Assembly: GCA_905178155.1 (NCBI GenBank)
Contig: CAJINV010000001.1
Coordinates: 9,817,865 to 9,881,864 of the forward strand
Origin: Amoebophrya sp. A120
Taxonomy: Eukaryota; Protista; Dinoflagellata
Direction: 5' to 3'
DNA length: 64,000 nt
Shown: positions 59,840 to 64,000 of the stretch, in pieces
How positions within the stretch are numbered: the first letter of the stretch is position 1
Layout: every line of letters starts with the position of its first letter
The notes under the pieces: generated by a model
What the model was told of the DNA's origin: nothing
Databases searched by the model: none
Seen by the model: the letters and a program-made list of their open reading frames with translations, nothing else
Program-made: the position numbers and the translations under genes

Positions 59840-60849
59840 CGTTCTTCCGTTGGCCCGCCGAGCAATCCGCACCCGCTCCTCTCTGAGATGACGTCAAGAA
59901 ACCTCCCCGTAGAAAAGTAGCAAGCAGAGACCAGCGTACGCTTGGACGTCGTACGATAAATCAATACCAATCGCTGGAGCTAAGCTGCACAGAAGTACGA
60001 AATCCGTTCCCTCGCCATCTTTGCACGTTATTTCATGTCATGATTCATTTGTCTAGGCGTCAAGCTGATCACATGTAGAAAGGCTGCACACGACAAAATC
60101 AAAAAGTCTTATCGAACAAAAATGAACCTACCATGCGCATGCCCACCACGCACCTTCGCTCAAAATAGCATGAAATGGAAAACACGAGAGAGACCCAGAC
60201 CCACTGACTTCTTACAGAGTAATTTTCACTGGTATCACAAAAATCCCATGCGTGAGTTGCAGATCTCAAAAAGCTTGATCCTGTGTGTGCTAAAACGGAA
60301 TCCTCAGGCTCGGAGGTATCGTTTTGTTCTGGATCGAATTCTTCGTTTCATTTTCGTAACTCGTCCATTCGAAAAGAAAACCGATACCCGAACACCTGGA
60401 GACGTACCCATACCATGAATGCAGCTCGCGAAAACAATTCACTAGGATTTTTCTACTTCTAGTGCGTCATTCTGTTTTGATATTTGGAATAGAGTGGAAT
60501 GAGTTCGTACGTACATATTATGTGACCTTACGCTTACGTTTTTGGAATTTATTTCAGCTTCATGCCTGAACATGATAAAGGTGGATTGATTGAGTGTCGC
60601 TTCTTGTTGTGGAATAGATTGATGAGACAAGTATAACGCCTCCGAAAATAAAGACTCTAATTCGGAGTGTGGAAAGAGAATCGGCGCTAATGCATGGAAC
60701 GAGTATCTTCTCACTGGATTGAATCAAACATTTTTTGCACGTTCGTTTCCGAGAAAAAAGAAAAAGCGCCTGTGTGTAAGTGTATGTCGTACTCTTGGAG
60801 TACTTGAGAATGCCGTGGCATCATAACATTTTCGATAACCATTACTCGC

Positions 60850-61797
60850 TTAGTTTTGTGGAATAGAATGATCAACGCTCGCAGTCAGCGGCCCCGCGTC
60901 GACCGTCGCTGCCTCGCTCTCGGCTTGCGTAATCATCTGTAGAATCTCTGCGCAAGAATCGCGCGCACCAGGATCCCCCGCGCCTATACAACGCGCCCGC
61001 AATTCGACCCAGTCCCGCGGGGTTCTGCCGACATTAAGGAGAGGCTCGCCCCGCAAAAAATCCGCAGCTCCGCCACCGAGATCTTGTGCTAATCTCGCAA
61101 GCAGCTTTGCGTTGCTGTCAGCAATGGCGGATCTGTCCCGCTCTCGCAACATCTGGCAGCGTCCGATTTCATCCTGCGCAAACTCGTCCATACGCCATTG
61201 CCCCTTAATGACCCAGCTGAAGACGTCTGCGCGCCCGAGCAAGGCCGCGTAGTGGAAAAAATTGGCGCCGTGGTGGGCCCAAAATTCTCGCTCAGCGAGG
61301 ACCTCCTGGAGGTGCTTCGGTAGGGCGGGATAGGCTTGCAACACAAGTCCTACGGCTGCAAGTTCCGGTCCCTGGTGCCTGGAGCGGAGGTCTTGAAATG
61401 CCACCCCGGCAAAGTCGGCGGCTTCCTGACTGGCGGCAGGCGAGCGGTGCGCCAGCGCCTGGCAACGGAGAAGAGTAAGGAACTCGGCGAAAGTGCGGCG
61501 CCCTACATCAGGCGGCCAAGAACGTTTTTCGGCCTCGTAGGTCTTCCTTCTATCGTGTAGGAGTGTCGCAATCTCCCCGTTTGCCCACCACTCTTTGTAG
61601 CGTTGGTCATATTTTTCGAGCAGAAGCACGTAGGTCCCGTCGTTCCGCAGTGCTACCGGGTGGCGATCAAGAACTTCTAGGACGAAAAGCGCATTGCTCT
61701 TCGAAGCTTTACTGTCTGGATCTGGATCAAGCGTTCCAGGACGCAAGATTCGGGTGGCGGGCCGCCGGTTACAGCCCGAAGAAATTGCGTTCCCCAT
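60850..61797 (-). CDS. Hypothetical protein with an N-myristoylation motif and a split ankyrin-like repeat; paralog of 62468-63967
   Basis: 315-aa intronless ORF starting MGNAISSGC, with HGANFFHYAALLGR and GRTPRDW. Confidence 0.75.
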   Translation of the reverse strand: MGNAISSGCNRRPATRILRPGTLDPDPDSKASKSNALFVLEVLDRHPVALRNDGTYVLLLEKYDQRYKEWWANGEIATLLHDRRKTYEAEKRSWPPDVGRRTFAEFLTLLRCQALAHRSPAASQEAADFAGVAFQDLRSRHQGPELAAVGLVLQAYPALPKHLQEVLAEREFWAHHGANFFHYAALLGRADVFSWVIKGQWRMDEFAQDEIGRCQMLRERDRSAIADSNAKLLARLAQDLGGGAADFLRGEPLLNVGRTPRDWVELRARCIGAGDPGARDSCAEILQMITQAESEAATVDAGPLTASVDHSIPQN

Positions 61798-62467
61798 ATT
61801 GCGAGTGCAACTACCTTACTGTAGGTTGGTTTCTTCGAAGAGCACCAGGCAGATGGAGTGTGAATGTGATATATTTGTGCTGTCTATGCGACACGAAGGT
61901 CGCCGTGATGCTACTCAGGGTAGTTGTAACAAGCAATAATGTTCGAAAAAGATTTCATGTAGAAGCTAAACACTTTTTCAACAAACAGAAAAACTGCACA
62001 ACGTAGCACGAGTCTGACTCAAGCAAATTCTCGCTGAAATTTGATGTCAAGAAAGGCGAATCGGTTCAGTGGTTTCTTAACTACCCGTCATCTTCTCAAT
62101 GCAAACATGAAATTGCGGTGATGACTTTTTTTTTAAGACTCATGCCTGACTTTAACGAAGGAATGCGCCATCCTCTCACTAGCACGCGGATCTTGGACGT
62201 GTCCATAGGACAGTAGCATGGAACAAAACAAATGTATGCGGTTGCAGTGCATGACAACCTAGAAGTCAATTCCTCAACCTCGGACACACGTACATTTCTG
62301 GTTCCATTAAGAAAAACACGACAATTTTCTTTTTCGGCTCGAGATTCATGATCAGAGGTGGGGGGGATGATAAATATGGACGGAGATCAAACTGATAAAC
62401 TTTTTCGCGTACGTTTGGAATATCGAGAAAGCGCTTTGAGTGAGACAGCAGGCCGTCACACTTTTTT

Positions 62468-63967
62468 TTAGGCTTTTTCTGGGGACAAACTTGCCGACCG
62501 TTGTGCTCTCTCTTCCTGGTCTAGGTTCTCCCTTTTGCGCAGTACTTCTTCCATCTGTTTCTGCAATGCCCACAACTGCTCGTCTAGCTCCTCCTTTGTT
62601 TCCTTGTGCTCCTTCTCGTCCGGCAGCAGCGTGTGTCCGTCGTCGGGGCTGTGCGTGTTCTCTTTCGAGCCTTTGCCAGGTGTTGTTGTTTTCTTCGGGG
62701 TTTTTAGAGGAGACTTGACGGATGTCAGTCTTGCGGCTTTTTGCTCGACGGCGGCCTTAGCCTGCTCTGCCTCGGCATCTTTCAGAAACCACATTATCCA
62801 GTCCATGTTTTCTATCTTTTGTGCAAGCTCCTTTGCTTCTGTAACTGACAGTGACTCCGTCGGCTCTTCTTTCAAACACTTCATTCGCAACTCTGCCCAT
62901 TGTCTAGGAGTTCTGCCCTTGTCTTTCTCCTGCTGCACATCCACATCGCTCTTTTCCACACAGGAAAACCTGCGGGCAAACTCGCCCATCGTCGCTGCCT
63001 CGCCGCATTTGTTCGCTGGCAGTTCGTCATCCCAGAGCGCCAGAATCTTCTTCATAGTCCGTGGATCTCCGGAGTAGTCCCTTTGGCCCATGAGTCGGCC
63101 AATCTTCGCAATGTTGTTACCCATGCCCTGGAAGACCTTCCTCGCAAAATGGGAATCCCCGTCGAAGCAGGCTAGATGGAGGTCGTTAAACCCGAACTCG
63201 CCGATGAATTTCCGCCGCTCCTCGTTTACGTCCCGCAGGTGGTGGTGCAGGTTCGGAAAGGCGGAGCACATAAACGCGACGCAAGCGCCCTGGTACCCTT
63301 TCGTACTACTTTCCAGCGGCCGATTGTCTCCGTTTGTCCACCGGGCTGCGAGAAAATCCTGCGCGGCCTCCGAGATATGCTCCACGCCCTGAATGCGCAA
63401 CACACGAAGAAGCTGCGCAAACCCGCGATACCTCTCCTGAGGAGGCCAGTGGTGGTTGTAGGCCTCGGCATCCTGGCGCGCAGCGTCGAGCAGGATTTCG
63501 ATATCGGGATTGTCCCACCACTGCTTGTAATCATCGTGGTTATCATACTTTTGCAAGCACTTCCCGTAGACGCCGTTGTATCTCCAGGAAAATGGAAAGC
63601 GGTGGAGGTGCTTCTGACAATACTGGACTTGCTCGAATAATTCTCGCGGAAGTCTGAAGCCATAGGAGCTATCCGTGCCCAGGGACCCGGCTGCGTCCTG
63701 GCTGTTTGTCTCGGGACTAAACGCAGTACCGTTCTCTGTCTTTGCGTTTCGTTGCTCCGCATCTGCGCTCTCGAAAAGTTTGCGCACGTCTGGACAGCCG
63801 TCGGGCACGAGGTCTACTGCCCTCTTGTTCTCTTCATCGGACCAGTGCCGTAATTTCGGCCATTCCGCCAAAAGCCGACGCACCTCGGCCTCATCTCCGT
63901 GCATCGCAGCGCGATGGAAATCCGTCTGACCGGGCACCGTATCGCTGCTCTTGTTCCGCATCAACAT
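62468..63967 (-). CDS. Ankyrin-repeat-containing hypothetical protein; paralog of 60850-61797
   Basis: 499-aa ORF with GQTDFHRAAMHGDEAEVRRLL, FGFNDLHLACFDGD, GRTPRQW and a C-terminal coiled coil. The start could lie beyond the window edge. Confidence 0.8.
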   Translation of the reverse strand: MLMRNKSSDTVPGQTDFHRAAMHGDEAEVRRLLAEWPKLRHWSDEENKRAVDLVPDGCPDVRKLFESADAEQRNAKTENGTAFSPETNSQDAAGSLGTDSSYGFRLPRELFEQVQYCQKHLHRFPFSWRYNGVYGKCLQKYDNHDDYKQWWDNPDIEILLDAARQDAEAYNHHWPPQERYRGFAQLLRVLRIQGVEHISEAAQDFLAARWTNGDNRPLESSTKGYQGACVAFMCSAFPNLHHHLRDVNEERRKFIGEFGFNDLHLACFDGDSHFARKVFQGMGNNIAKIGRLMGQRDYSGDPRTMKKILALWDDELPANKCGEAATMGEFARRFSCVEKSDVDVQQEKDKGRTPRQWAELRMKCLKEEPTESLSVTEAKELAQKIENMDWIMWFLKDAEAEQAKAAVEQKAARLTSVKSPLKTPKKTTTPGKGSKENTHSPDDGHTLLPDEKEHKETKEELDEQLWALQKQMEEVLRKRENLDQEERAQRSASLSPEKA

Positions 63968-64000
63968 GGCAAGAAGCTCCCTGCGCGAGCGCGTGTCGCC

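Noticed and set aside
1-64000. tRNA, rRNA, snRNA genes or an autonomous transposase/RepHel/reverse transcriptase gene
   Set aside because: None recognised by eye. A covariance-model (Rfam) and HMM scan would be needed to exclude them.

Overview
Eukaryotic, intron-containing DNA, most likely from a compact dinoflagellate-lineage alveolate genome. A Syndiniales parasite such as Amoebophrya is my best inference. About 15 protein-coding genes can be reconstructed, and all lie on the minus strand. They include a p25-alpha/TPPP-like protein, a myosin, a large coiled-coil/SH3-like repeat protein, a Tudor+SET methyltransferase, an IQ-repeat protein, a GAF protein, a giant Cys-rich surface protein, MPDU1 and a tandem pair of ankyrin-like paralogs. 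Almost all introns I traced are short canonical GT-AG introns. The main exception is a family of four ~250-270 bp elements with 31-bp terminal inverted repeats (TIRs) and 5-bp target-site duplications (TSDs). They sit inside coding sequence in both orientations, and removing them exactly restores the reading frame but needs non-canonical splice sites (introner-like). Three of the four are in one small gene. That gene also carries a 1034-bp Helitron-like insert flanked by a perfect 51-bp duplication of an exon end. Two further GC-rich islands share TCTA...TAGA ends. Gene models were assembled by eye and have no transcript support.
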